DNA of 32,000 nucleotides, from positions 1,620,001-1,652,000 of the forward strand of contig NC_008340.1 of NCBI RefSeq assembly GCF_000014785.1, written 5' to 3'. This DNA comes from Alkalilimnicola ehrlichii MLHE-1. GTDB lineage: Bacteria; Pseudomonadota; Gammaproteobacteria; Nitrococcales; Halorhodospiraceae. How positions within the stretch are numbered: the stretch's first letter is position 1; every line of letters starts with the position of its first letter. Shown here in pieces: positions 10,345-19,204 of this stretch. The notes under the pieces are model-generated. The model saw nothing but the letters and a program-made list of their open reading frames with translations, made no database searches and was not told where the DNA came from. The position numbers and the translations under genes are program-made.

Positions 10345-10389
10345 GTTAAAAAGAAACCGCCCGCCGAGCCGGGCTGGCGGGCGGGTTTC
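10345..10389 (-). terminator. Probable intrinsic terminator between rpmF and plsX
   Basis: Minus-strand RNA CCCGCCCCGCCAGCCCGGCTCGGCGGGCGGTTTCTTTTTAACC: long GC-rich imperfect stem (with bulges) followed by a T-rich tract. Confidence 0.6.
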
Positions 10390-10404
10390 CTTCACCCATG
10401 CGTC

Positions 10405-10584
10405 TCAGTCCTCGCGCCCCTGCATGACCTTTCGGCCCCGGTAGTAGCCGTCAGGGCTGACATGGTGGCGACGGTGGGTCTCGCCCGTCTGCGGTTCCAC
10501 CGACAGGGCCGGGCCGGACAGGGCGTCGTGGGAACGGCGCATGCCGCGCTTGGAGGGCGTCTTACGGTTCTGTTGAACGGCCAT
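10405..10584 (-). CDS. rpmF: 50S ribosomal protein L32
   Basis: Translated by hand (below the ORF-track size cutoff): [59 protein letters not shown], 59 aa. Confidence 0.97.
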   Translation of the reverse strand: MAVQQNRKTPSKRGMRRSHDALSGPALSVEPQTGETHRRHHVSPDGYYRGRKVMQGRED

Positions 10585-10617
10585 TTGGGGCTCCTTGGAT
10601 CAATCTCGTGTTGATTG

Positions 10618-11163
10618 TCATGTATCGTCTTGATCGGTGTCAGAGGGGCATTTCATCCGCTCCAGCACCGCAAAGGGGTTCTTCGCTCGCTCGTCCGGCT
10701 CGTCCTGTGCCTCCGCCGGGTTATCCGGCGTGGCACAGCCGCCCTCCGGATGACGGGCAATCGCCGGCATCGCCAGCAGCAGTTCGTCCTCGACCACGGC
10801 GACCAACGGCAATTTGCCGGTGGCCATCACCAGGGGGTCGAACTCCGGCGCCAGGGACTCCGCCTCGTGCTCGCTGGCCACCAGTTGCAGCGCCACTTCC
10901 GCGTCCAGCGCTTGCTCATAGGGCTGCAGACAGCGCTGGCAACGGAGCGTGATGCTGGCGCTCACCGCGCCGCTCAGCCGTTGCCGGCCCTGATCGTCGC
11001 GGAACGCCCGCAGCGCGACCCGGACCCGTGCCGCCTGATCGGCCACCACCGCCTCGGCGGAGAGGCGCGCCATAGCCGCCCGCGGCAGCCGACCCTCGAG
11101 TCGGGTGCCGGCCTCGGTGAACATGTCGTGCACCAGGTACTCAGGCAGTGGGCTGCTGGACAT
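10618..11163 (-). CDS. yceD: YceD/DUF177 family protein (23S rRNA accumulation protein)
   Basis: 181 aa with ITLRCQRCLQPYEQALDAEVALQLV... and C-terminal PFAVLERMK; immediately upstream of rpmF, the usual pairing. Confidence 0.88.
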   Translation of the reverse strand: MSSSPLPEYLVHDMFTEAGTRLEGRLPRAAMARLSAEAVVADQAARVRVALRAFRDDQGRQRLSGAVSASITLRCQRCLQPYEQALDAEVALQLVASEHEAESLAPEFDPLVMATGKLPLVAVVEDELLLAMPAIARHPEGGCATPDNPAEAQDEPDERAKNPFAVLERMKCPSDTDQDDT

Positions 11164-11172
11164 AAGCCCGCA

Positions 11173-11201
11173 ATCATAAGCGCGGCCTCCCGGGCTGTCA
11201 A
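11173..11201 (-). promoter_or_regulatory. Near-consensus sigma-70 promoter for yceD-rpmF
   Basis: Minus strand TTGACA (11196-11201), 17-nt spacer, TATGAT (11173-11178). Confidence 0.75.
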
Positions 11202-11284
11202 AGCGCTTGCCAGGGGCGGCGATCGGCCCTAGCCTTGACGCCTTGCGAACCGATCCCCGACCCGGTGACCCCAGGAGCAGGCAC

Positions 11285-11884
11285 GTGGCCGAGCGACCCC
11301 CTTTGATACTCGCCTCCCGTTCCCCCTATCGGCGCGCCTTGCTGGAGCAGGTGCGCCTGCCCCATGAGGCCATTCCGGCCGACGTTGACGAGAGCCGGCA
11401 CCCGGATGAGCCGGCGCACGATTACGTGCTCCGGCTGGCGCGGGCCAAGGCCGAGGCCGTGGCGGAACGGCGCCCGGATGCCCTGGTGATCGGGTCCGAT
11501 CAGGCGGCCGTGCTGGGCGAGCGGGTGCTGGGCAAGCCGGGCAGCGAGGCCCGGGCCCGGGAGCAGCTCGCTACCGCCTCCGGCCAGTGCGTCACCTTCC
11601 TGACCGGCGTGGCGGTGGTGCATGCCGCGGGGGGGCGCCGCCAGTCTGACGTCGTCCCCTATCGGGTGCACTTCCGGGACCTGGACGAGACCACCATCGC
11701 CCGCTACGTGGCGCTGGAACAACCGCTGGACTGCGCCGGCAGCTTCAAATCCGAGGGGCTGGGCGCAGTGTTGTTCCAGCGCATGGAGGGCAGCGACCCG
11801 AACGCCCTGATCGGGCTGCCGCTGATCCGGTTGTTCGACTTTCTCCTCGCCTGCGGCTACCCGCTGATCGGCTCGGAGGAGTGA
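11285..11884 (+). CDS. maf: Maf-family nucleotide pyrophosphatase
   Basis: VAERPPLILASRSPYRRALLEQVRLPHEAIPADVDES...ALVIGSDQAAVLG...CAGSFKSEGLGAVLF...LIGLPL; probable GTG start at 11285. Confidence 0.94.
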   Translation: MAERPPLILASRSPYRRALLEQVRLPHEAIPADVDESRHPDEPAHDYVLRLARAKAEAVAERRPDALVIGSDQAAVLGERVLGKPGSEARAREQLATASGQCVTFLTGVAVVHAAGGRRQSDVVPYRVHFRDLDETTIARYVALEQPLDCAGSFKSEGLGAVLFQRMEGSDPNALIGLPLIRLFDFLLACGYPLIGSEE

Positions 11885-11894
11885 CCGCCCGCGC

Positions 11895-12830
11895 TCAGCG
11901 CAGTTCGTGGCCCTCGGTCAGGGCGCGGGTGATGGCCTTGCCGATACTCATGCCCAACCGGTCGGTGATGAAGCGCAGCAGGCCGGGGTGGCGACTGTAG
12001 TCCAACACCTGGTCGACACCGGCCACCTCGCGGGCCACGTGCGCGATATCGCCGAATCCGTCGGCCAGGCCCAGTTCGACACTGCTTTCACCGGTCCAGA
12101 TGAGCCCGCTGAACAGGCGATCATCATCGGCCAGGCGCTCACCCCGCCCGGCGCGGACGTCGGCGATGAACTGGGAATGCACCTCCTCCAGCAGGCGCTC
12201 CATGTGCGCCTGGTGCGCTTCCTCCTCCGGGGCAAAGGGGTCTAAAAAGGCCTTGTTCTCGCCGGCGGTGTAGATGCGCCGCTCCACGCCCAGTTTCTCC
12301 ATCGCCTCCGTGAAGCCGAAACCGCCGGAGATGACCCCGATGGAGCCCACCACGCTTGCCGGATTGACGAAGATCTCATCCGCCGCAGAGGCGATATAAT
12401 AGGCCCCGGACGCGCCCACGTCGTCGATGACCGCATAGACCGCCATCCCCTGATGCTGTTCGCGCAGGCGATTGATCTCGGAGTAGATGCGGTTTGACTG
12501 CACCGGGCTGCCACCCGGGCTGTTGATGTACAGCACCACCCCCTCGGCCCGGGGGGCGTTGAATGCGGCCTGCAGCCCCTGATTGACCAGCTCGGCACTC
12601 GCCAGCTCGTCGGCGCTGATCAGCCCGGTAACGTTCACCTTGGCCAGGTGCGGCCCTGTGGGCCGCTCGAACAGGAACCCGCTGGCAAAGGGGATAAGCA
12701 ACGCGACCAGATAGGCCAGGAACGCCAGCTTGAAGAATATGCCCCAGCGACGCGCCCGTTGGCGCTCCTTGATGCCCTCAAGGGCGATCTCGCGCATGGC
12801 ATCCCGTTCCCAGCGGTCGTTTTCGTTCAT
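11895..12830 (-). CDS. sppA: Signal peptide peptidase SppA-like serine protease (S49)
   Basis: GVVLYINSPGGSPVQSNRIYSEI...YAVIDDVGASGAYYIASAADEIFVNPASVVGSIGVISGGFG...; N-terminal TM segment. Confidence 0.93.
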   Translation of the reverse strand: MNENDRWERDAMREIALEGIKERQRARRWGIFFKLAFLAYLVALLIPFASGFLFERPTGPHLAKVNVTGLISADELASAELVNQGLQAAFNAPRAEGVVLYINSPGGSPVQSNRIYSEINRLREQHQGMAVYAVIDDVGASGAYYIASAADEIFVNPASVVGSIGVISGGFGFTEAMEKLGVERRIYTAGENKAFLDPFAPEEEAHQAHMERLLEEVHSQFIADVRAGRGERLADDDRLFSGLIWTGESSVELGLADGFGDIAHVAREVAGVDQVLDYSRHPGLLRFITDRLGMSIGKAITRALTEGHELR

Positions 12831-12837
12831 CCGTCAG

Positions 12838-13788
12838 TTACCCCGTTGAGTCATTGGATTGTTGCGGCGCCTGGAGCTGCGCCACGACCGCCGCCAGCTC
12901 GTCCGGCAGCGGCGCCTCGATCGATAAGGGTTGACCGGTGCCGGGGGCGGACAGTTCCAGGCGGTGGGCGTGGAGGAACAGGCGCTTGAGCCCCAACCCC
13001 CTCAACCGGCGGTTGACCGCCCGCTCCCCGTAGCGGTCGTCGCCGGCGATGGGCATGCCGAGGTGGGCCGCGTGGACCCGGATCTGGTGGGTGCGCCCGG
13101 TGGCGATATCGGCCTCCGCCAGCGTCATGCCCCCGGGGCGCGCCACGGCCCGGAACACCGTCCGCGCCAGCTTGCCGTGGCTGGCGACCCGCACGCCCCC
13201 TGCCGGTCCACTGCGGCGCTCCAACGGCGCCTCCACCGGAATGGGGCCGCGCCCGAGTGCGCCGGTGAGCAGGGCCAGATAACGTTTGTGTACAGCGCCC
13301 GTGCGGAGCTGCTCGTGCAGTTCGCGCAACGCGCTGCGCCGCTTGGCGACCATCAGGCAGCCACTGGTCGCGCGGTCCAGCCGGTGGACCAGCTCGAGGA
13401 AGGGGGCGCTGGGCCGGGCCTGGCGCAAGACCTCGATCAGCCCCCAGGCCAGTCCGCTGCCGCCGTGCACGGCCAGTCCGGAGGGCTTGTCGATCACCAG
13501 CAGCCGGTCGTCCTCGTAGAGGATGCGCTGGGCCAATTCGCCCTGCAGGCGGGCGGGCGGCGTGGCCTCTTGGGGGGCGCGCGTCTGGACCGGCGGAATA
13601 CGCACCGTCTCCCCCGTGGCCAGCCGGCGCGGCGGTTTGGTGCGCTTGCCGTCGACCCGGACCTGCCCGCTGCGCAGCAGCCGGTATATCAGTGACCGGG
13701 GCACGCCCTTGAGCTGCCGCATCAGGAAATTGTCCACCCGCTGGCCGGCGTCCTCCGGCCCGATGCGCACCTGTCGTACGCCGCTCAT
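12838..13788 (-). CDS. rluC: 23S rRNA pseudouridine synthase RluC
   Basis: S4 domain QRVDNFLMRQLKGVPRSLIYRLLRSGQVRVDGKR, catalytic LVHRLDRATSGCLMVAKR, and RTHQIRVHAAHLGMPIAGDDRYG. MSGVRQ start preferred over 13821. Divergent from rne. Confidence 0.94.
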   Translation of the reverse strand: MSGVRQVRIGPEDAGQRVDNFLMRQLKGVPRSLIYRLLRSGQVRVDGKRTKPPRRLATGETVRIPPVQTRAPQEATPPARLQGELAQRILYEDDRLLVIDKPSGLAVHGGSGLAWGLIEVLRQARPSAPFLELVHRLDRATSGCLMVAKRRSALRELHEQLRTGAVHKRYLALLTGALGRGPIPVEAPLERRSGPAGGVRVASHGKLARTVFRAVARPGGMTLAEADIATGRTHQIRVHAAHLGMPIAGDDRYGERAVNRRLRGLGLKRLFLHAHRLELSAPGTGQPLSIEAPLPDELAAVVAQLQAPQQSNDSTG

Positions 13789-13819
13789 GCTCTTATCCGC
13801 CCGTTGCTCATGTCGGCGC

Positions 13820-13828
13820 ATGATAGCA
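13820..13828 (-). promoter_or_regulatory. Candidate extended -10 element for rluC
   Basis: Minus strand TGCTATCAT (TGn plus TATCAT) upstream of rluC; no good -35. Confidence 0.35.
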
Positions 13829-13844
13829 GAGAGCCGGCGGCCAT

Positions 13845-13873
13845 TTGCCGCCTATAGGGGACACTGTTATAGT
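13845..13873 (+). promoter_or_regulatory. Sigma-70 promoter for rne
   Basis: TTGCCG (13845-13850), 17-nt spacer, TATAGT (13868-13873) with extended TGn just upstream. Confidence 0.7.
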
Positions 13874-14202
13874 GCCGTCACGCCGTAGTGGGCCCCATTT
13901 GGCCCTGGCCACGCCAGCGGCGCCAGTAAAGATTCCTGCTTCCCCTGCCACCTCGGCGGGAGAACGGACGAACCTGTCCGGGACCGGCCCGACGACCGCC
14001 CCGGCCATCCAAGCCCAAAAGACAACACCCCGCATCGCTACCCGAATGAACGCGACGAACCTGCTGGTGACGCATTACCTGGCATTGATCCTGGCTCCCG
14101 TAGTCCAGGCCTGCCGGCCGGTATGCACCGAGTTGCGCCCGCCCCGGTTCGAGCGCGAGCGGCCTGCCGTGGCGCCGCGGGGATGCTGGAGACATCACCC
14201 TT

Positions 14203-17200
14203 ATGAAACGAATGCTGATCAACGCAACTCAGCCAGAGGAGTTGCGTGTTGCCCTCGTGGACGGGCAACAGCTCTACGACCTGGATATCGAAACCCCGGC
14301 CCGGGAGCAGAAGAAGGCCAACATCTACAAGGGCACCATCACCCGCGTGGAGCCCAGCCTGGAGGCGGCCTTCGTACAGTACGGCGCGGAGCGCCACGGG
14401 TTTCTGCCGTTTAAGGAGATTGCCCCCAGCTACTACCGCGAGGGTCTCAAGGCCGACGGGGGGCGCCCCAGCATCCGCGATGCGGTGCGTGAGGGCCAGG
14501 AGGTGGTGGTTCAGGTGGACAAGGAGGAGCGCGGCACCAAGGGTGCGGCGTTGACCACCTACATCAGCCTGGCCGGGCGCTACCTGGTGCTCATGCCCAA
14601 CAACCCGCGCGCCGGCGGCGTCTCGCGCCGCATTGAGGGCTCCGACCGGGCCGAAATCCGCGAGGCGCTGCGACAACTCGACGTCCCGGAGGGCATGGGT
14701 CTGATCGTCCGCACCGCCGGCGTGGGCCGGACGGTGGAGGAACTGCAGTGGGACCTCGATTACCTGCTCAAGCTCTGGAGCGCTATCCAGAAGGCCGCCG
14801 AGGCCCGGTCCGCCCCCTTCCTGATCTACCAGGAGAGCGACGTCATCATTCGCGCGCTGCGCGACTACCTGCGCTCGGATATCGGGGAGATTCTCATCGA
14901 TGACCCGCAGGTCTTTGAAAAGGCCGTGGAGTTCGTCGAGCAGGTCATGCCGTATAACCGGCAGAAGCTGAAGTACTACGACGACCGGGTACCGCTGTTC
15001 ACCCGTTACCAGATCGAAAGCCAGATCGAATCCGCCTTCCAGCGGGACGTTCGTCTGCCCTCCGGCGGTGCCATCGTGATCGACCACACCGAGGCGCTGA
15101 TCTCCATCGACATCAACTCGGCCCGGGCCACCAAAGGCTCGGACATCGAGGAGACGGCCCTGCACACCAACCTCGAAGCCGCCGACGAGATCGCCCGGCA
15201 GCTCCGATTGCGGGATCTGGGCGGGCTGATCGTGATCGACTTCATTGACATGGGCCCGAACCGAAACCAGCGGGAGGTGGAAAACCGACTCCGCGAGGCG
15301 GTCAAGGCGGACCGAGCCCGGGTTCAGATCGGGCGAATCTCCCGCTTTGGTTTGCTGGAGATGTCCCGCCAGCGGCTTCGTTCGTCCCTGGGCGAGTCGC
15401 ACCAGGAGGTCTGCGCCCGCTGTGGTGGCCAGGGTACCGTGCGCAGCGTGGAGTCGCTGGCCCTTTCCATCCTGCGCATCGTCGAGGAAGAGGCGATGAA
15501 GGAGAAGACCGGGACGGTGCTGGCGCAGCTCCCGGTGGATGTCGCCACCTTCCTTTTGAACGAGAAACGGCCCTCCATCAGTGAGATCGAGGATCGCCAC
15601 AGGGTGGCCGTGGTGCTGATCCCCAATCGCACCATGGAGACACCCCACTACGACGTCCAGCGCCTGCGTAGCGACGACGAGTCCACCGAGGACCCCAGTT
15701 ACCGGCTCGCCTCCGAGGAACATCCAGAGCCCTCCCCCGAGTGGTTGGAGCGGGAGGCCGCGCCGCGCTCGGAGGAACCGGTGGTCCAGCGGGTACAGCC
15801 GCCCTCCGCACCGCCGCCGACGGCGCCCGTCGAAGAGAGTCCAAAGGAAGAAGCGCCACCACCGCAGCGCGACGCGCCCGAAGGTAGCGGCGCATCGGAC
15901 GTCGGGATCAGCGGCCTCACCGGCCTGTTCCAGCGGCTCCGTGGCTTCTTTGGGCGGGAAGCGGACAACGACAGCGCCGGTCAGGAGGGTCCAGTCGGCG
16001 AGAAGGCCCCTGCTGCCTCCGGGCGACGCGGCAGCGATCAGAAGGGAGCCACCAACGGGCGCCGGGGCGGTGGTAGTAACGGCGGCAAGGGTGGCCGGAC
16101 ACGGCAAAAGGCGCGCCCCGAGGACGGTCGATCGGCCTCGCAACCGGAGGCTACCGGCAAGCCGGAGAGTGATGCCCGGCGCGATGCGGATGAGACCGCC
16201 GAGGGCGCCGGTCGCAGCGGTCGCAGCCGGCGCGGCCGGCGGGGCGGACGGCGCCGCCGGCGTAGCGGGAGCACAGGCGGTGGCCAGCCGGAGGAATCGG
16301 CCGCACGCCAGGATCAGAAGGGGCAGACCCCGCCGGCGGCAGAGGCCGCGGACGACGCTCCCCGGGATCGCGCCGCCGGCAAGGCCGAGGCCGCCGCCGA
16401 GCGGCCCAGGGAGGGAGACCGCGCGGCGGCCGAGAAACCGGCGGCCAGCGAAAAGGTAAAGGCTGACAAGCCGGCGCTGCCAACGATCACCGAGGAGGAG
16501 ATCCAGGGCAGCGCCACCCCGCAGCTCAAGGACTGGCCACCGCGGGGCCAGGTCGCCACCGAGGCCGCCAGTCCCGAATCGGCGCCGGCGGACGACGAGA
16601 GCGGCACCGCCGCCGGGTCGCCGAAGGCCACGCAGGCCCAACGACCGGCGACGGCCGACACCGAGGCCTCCGACACCAAGGCAGATGCGCCGGCGTCCTC
16701 CGGTGAGACGCCCGCCGACCAACCGACCGGTGCGCCACCGGCGGCTGGCGGTGACGGGGCCAAGGCGCCGACCGCTGAGAAGGCCGCTGGCGAGAAGCCG
16801 GGGGCGCGGCGCAAGCGCTCGAAGCCCAGTGTCCAACCGGGCACGCCGCCGGTCCTGCCGCAGGATATCGGCCCGGATGAACCGTCGGTGCGCTCCGGGC
16901 GCCCGCGTATCAGCGCAGCGGCCCCCACCGAGGGCAACGAGGCCGACACCGCCGGCTCGGCTGACGTCGCCCCGCGTGAGCCGACACCGGCTAACACGGG
17001 GACCGATCAGCCACCGAAACCGGCGCCGGAACCAGCGCCGGCCAAGGCGCCGGAGCCGGCCCCGGGGTCCGATAGTGAGCCAGCGGCCGCCGACCAGGAC
17101 GCCGCGCCTGCCGAGGAGGTGCCCAACGCCGCCGACGACGGTGCTGCCGGGCCACAGGCAACCCCTTGGCTGGAGCACGAGCCTGAGAGCAGTCGGGAGG

Positions 17201-17424
17201 CCATTGGCGCCCATAGCGCGGGTACGCCGGACGCTCCTGATGCGCAGAAGGCCCCGGCCGACACCGCGGATGCCGCGGACACCGCGGGCGACGAAGGCGG
17301 GGATCAGACGCAGGAGACCGATGAGGCCTCCCGAAAGGGCGGTTCCCGGAGAAAGGGGCCGGCCGGGGAGAGTGAGGCGCGGCCCGAATCCCCGGACCAG
17401 GGCAGGTCACGAGAGGATGACTGA
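14203..17424 (+). CDS. rne: Ribonuclease E
   Basis: [30 protein letters not shown]...[13 protein letters not shown]...[11 protein letters not shown]...LEMSRQRLR...[12 protein letters not shown] zinc-link; long Pro/Ala/Glu/Arg-rich C-terminal half. Confidence 0.98.
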   Translation: MKRMLINATQPEELRVALVDGQQLYDLDIETPAREQKKANIYKGTITRVEPSLEAAFVQYGAERHGFLPFKEIAPSYYREGLKADGGRPSIRDAVREGQEVVVQVDKEERGTKGAALTTYISLAGRYLVLMPNNPRAGGVSRRIEGSDRAEIREALRQLDVPEGMGLIVRTAGVGRTVEELQWDLDYLLKLWSAIQKAAEARSAPFLIYQESDVIIRALRDYLRSDIGEILIDDPQVFEKAVEFVEQVMPYNRQKLKYYDDRVPLFTRYQIESQIESAFQRDVRLPSGGAIVIDHTEALISIDINSARATKGSDIEETALHTNLEAADEIARQLRLRDLGGLIVIDFIDMGPNRNQREVENRLREAVKADRARVQIGRISRFGLLEMSRQRLRSSLGESHQEVCARCGGQGTVRSVESLALSILRIVEEEAMKEKTGTVLAQLPVDVATFLLNEKRPSISEIEDRHRVAVVLIPNRTMETPHYDVQRLRSDDESTEDPSYRLASEEHPEPSPEWLEREAAPRSEEPVVQRVQPPSAPPPTAPVEESPKEEAPPPQRDAPEGSGASDVGISGLTGLFQRLRGFFGREADNDSAGQEGPVGEKAPAASGRRGSDQKGATNGRRGGGSNGGKGGRTRQKARPEDGRSASQPEATGKPESDARRDADETAEGAGRSGRSRRGRRGGRRRRRSGSTGGGQPEESAARQDQKGQTPPAAEAADDAPRDRAAGKAEAAAERPREGDRAAAEKPAASEKVKADKPALPTITEEEIQGSATPQLKDWPPRGQVATEAASPESAPADDESGTAAGSPKATQAQRPATADTEASDTKADAPASSGETPADQPTGAPPAAGGDGAKAPTAEKAAGEKPGARRKRSKPSVQPGTPPVLPQDIGPDEPSVRSGRPRISAAAPTEGNEADTAGSADVAPREPTPANTGTDQPPKPAPEPAPAKAPEPAPGSDSEPAAADQDAAPAEEVPNAADDGAAGPQATPWLEHEPESSREAIGAHSAGTPDAPDAQKAPADTADAADTAGDEGGDQTQETDEASRKGGSRRKGPAGESEARPESPDQGRSREDD

Positions 17425-17430
17425 AGGCCG

Positions 17431-17470
17431 AGGCCCCTACCGCCACCGGCGGTGACGGGGCCTTGTTTCA
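17431..17470 (+). terminator. Probable intrinsic terminator downstream of rne
   Basis: AGGCCCC-ta-CCGCC-acc-GGCGG-tgac-GGGGCCT followed by TGTTTC, 6 nt after the rne stop. Confidence 0.6.
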
Positions 17471-17507
17471 GCGCGTTCCGGTGCCACGACGGCACCGGCG
17501 GCCGGAA

Positions 17508-18005
17508 TCAGGCCCGATCGGTTCGGGAGCCGGACAGTTCCGCCAACAACCCCTCGGCGGCGTCCTCGACCAGGTTCAGCACGTGCTCGAAGCCCTGCCC
17601 GCCCCCGAAATAGGGGTCCGGAACCTCCTGCTCCGGGTGGTTCGCGGCGTAATCGAGGAACATTCGGATGCGCTCGCGGTACGGCTTCGGGCACTCGCGC
17701 CGCAGATCGGCAAAGTTGGCGCCGTCCATGGCCAGGATGAGGTCAAAGATCTCAAAATCCTCGACACTGACCTGACGGGCGCGCAGGTCGCTGATGTCCA
17801 CGCCGCGTTGCGCTGCGGCCCGGATCGCCCTCGGGTCGGGCGCCTTGCCGATGTGGTAGTCGTGGGTGCCCGCCGAGTCGATGTAAATGGTGCCCTCCAG
17901 CCCCCGCTCTTGGAGCAGGCGGCGGAAGACCCCCTCGGCTGTGGGGGAACGGCAGATATTGCCCATACAGACAAAGAGAACTCTGTGTTTCACACCTTCA
18001 TTCAT
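17508..18005 (-). CDS. Low molecular weight protein-tyrosine-phosphatase
   Basis: VLFVCMGNICRSPTAEGVFRRLL...DSAGTHDYHIGKAPDPRA...ILAMDGANFADL...VPDPYFGG: C(X)5R loop and DPY motif. Confidence 0.95.
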   Translation of the reverse strand: MNEGVKHRVLFVCMGNICRSPTAEGVFRRLLQERGLEGTIYIDSAGTHDYHIGKAPDPRAIRAAAQRGVDISDLRARQVSVEDFEIFDLILAMDGANFADLRRECPKPYRERIRMFLDYAANHPEQEVPDPYFGGGQGFEHVLNLVEDAAEGLLAELSGSRTDRA

Positions 18006-18155
18006 GGGGTTGGATGATTTCCTTGCGATGAGGGTTTAACACATGCGCGGCCGGTCACCGGCGATGCCAGACAGTTGTCGGCGAGCCGTCGCGGCCCCGC
18101 CCCGCTTGAACAGACGCTATGCTCACAGATATTTCAGACCAGAGGAAGTACCCCC

Positions 18156-18425
18156 ATGACCACGGCGCTTGAAACCCTGCGCAGCTGGGTGGGCCGCGAT
18201 GTGCTCTTCCAGGGACGGCGGTTGCGCGTGGTGGAACTGCTCGAGGATACCGCCGAAGCCAGGCTCGTGCTCGAGGAGCGTGAAGCGGTCGGCCGCCGCG
18301 TGCAAAGCGACCAGTTCGGGGAGGCCCACCGGCGCACCCCCCGTACCTGGACGCTCCCCGTGCACGACCGCGACGGTGTGGCCCCCAACCCGCTGCTCGA
18401 CGAGATGGTGCTGGCGGAGGACTAG
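18156..18425 (+). CDS. Conserved-looking small hypothetical protein (89 aa)
   Basis: MTTALETLRSWVGRDVLFQGRRLRVVELLEDTAEARLVLEEREAVGRRVQSDQFGEAHRRTPRTWTLPVHDRDGVAPNPLLDEMVLAED; purine-rich AGAGGAAG upstream of ATG; occupies the gap between flanking genes. Confidence 0.7.
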   Translation: MTTALETLRSWVGRDVLFQGRRLRVVELLEDTAEARLVLEEREAVGRRVQSDQFGEAHRRTPRTWTLPVHDRDGVAPNPLLDEMVLAED

Positions 18426-19201
18426 GCCGGCGGCCCCTGCTCTGCCAGCAATCGTTCCACCTGGGCCAGGTCCTGCGGCGTATCGACCCCGGGACCGGGG
18501 ACCTGATGGGCCAGGCCAACGTGGATGCGCACGCCGTGCCAGAGCGCGCGCAACTGCTCCAGCGCCTCCAGGCCCTCCGGGGGCGCTGCCTCCAGGGCCG
18601 GATAGCGGCGCAGGAACCCGACCCGGTAGGCATACAGCCCCAGATGGCGCAACCACTGGCCCGGGGACCGGGCGGCACCGGCTGCCCCCGAGAAGCCGTC
18701 GCGGTCCCAGGGGATGGGGGCGCGGCTGAAGTACAGGGCATACCCCTGGCGATCCCGCACCACCTTGACCGCATGGGGCGATCGCACCTCGTCGAGGGAG
18801 TGGCAGAGAGTGGCCAGTGTGGCAATGCCCGCATCCCGATGCGCCGCCAGATCCAGCGCCACCTGGCGCACGAGCCGGCCCGGCATCAGCGGCTCGTCCC
18901 CCTGCAGATTGACGACAATCTGGTCGTCGTCCAATCCCAGCCGCTCCGCCACCTCCGCCAGACGGTCGGTTCCCGATGGGTGATCGTGCCGGGTCATCAC
19001 CACCTCGCGCCCCTCCTCCCGACAGGCGTGGGCGATTTCGCGGTGGTCGGTGGCGACCAGGATTCGCGCCGCCCCGCTCTCCTCGGCGCGCCGGCAGACA
19101 TGGTGAATCATCGGCCATCCCAACAGGCTGGCCAGGGGTTTGCCCGGGAAGCGGTGGGAGGCGTAGCGGGCGGGGATAATGACGGTAAAGGGTGTGGTCA
19201 T
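18422..19201 (-). CDS. kdsB: 3-deoxy-manno-octulosonate cytidylyltransferase
   Basis: MTTPFTVIIPARYASHRFPGKPLASLLGWPMIHHVCRRA...DDQIVVNLQGDEPLMP...YFSRAPIPWDRDG...HLGLYAYRVGFLRRY. Confidence 0.97.
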   Translation of the reverse strand: MTTPFTVIIPARYASHRFPGKPLASLLGWPMIHHVCRRAEESGAARILVATDHREIAHACREEGREVVMTRHDHPSGTDRLAEVAERLGLDDDQIVVNLQGDEPLMPGRLVRQVALDLAAHRDAGIATLATLCHSLDEVRSPHAVKVVRDRQGYALYFSRAPIPWDRDGFSGAAGAARSPGQWLRHLGLYAYRVGFLRRYPALEAAPPEGLEALEQLRALWHGVRIHVGLAHQVPGPGVDTPQDLAQVERLLAEQGPPA

Positions 19202-19204
19202 GGA

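Noticed and set aside
14038-17214. 1058-aa minus-strand ORF antisense to rne
   Set aside because: High GC makes stops rare in the opposite frame. The translation is low-complexity, whereas the plus strand encodes clear RNase E.
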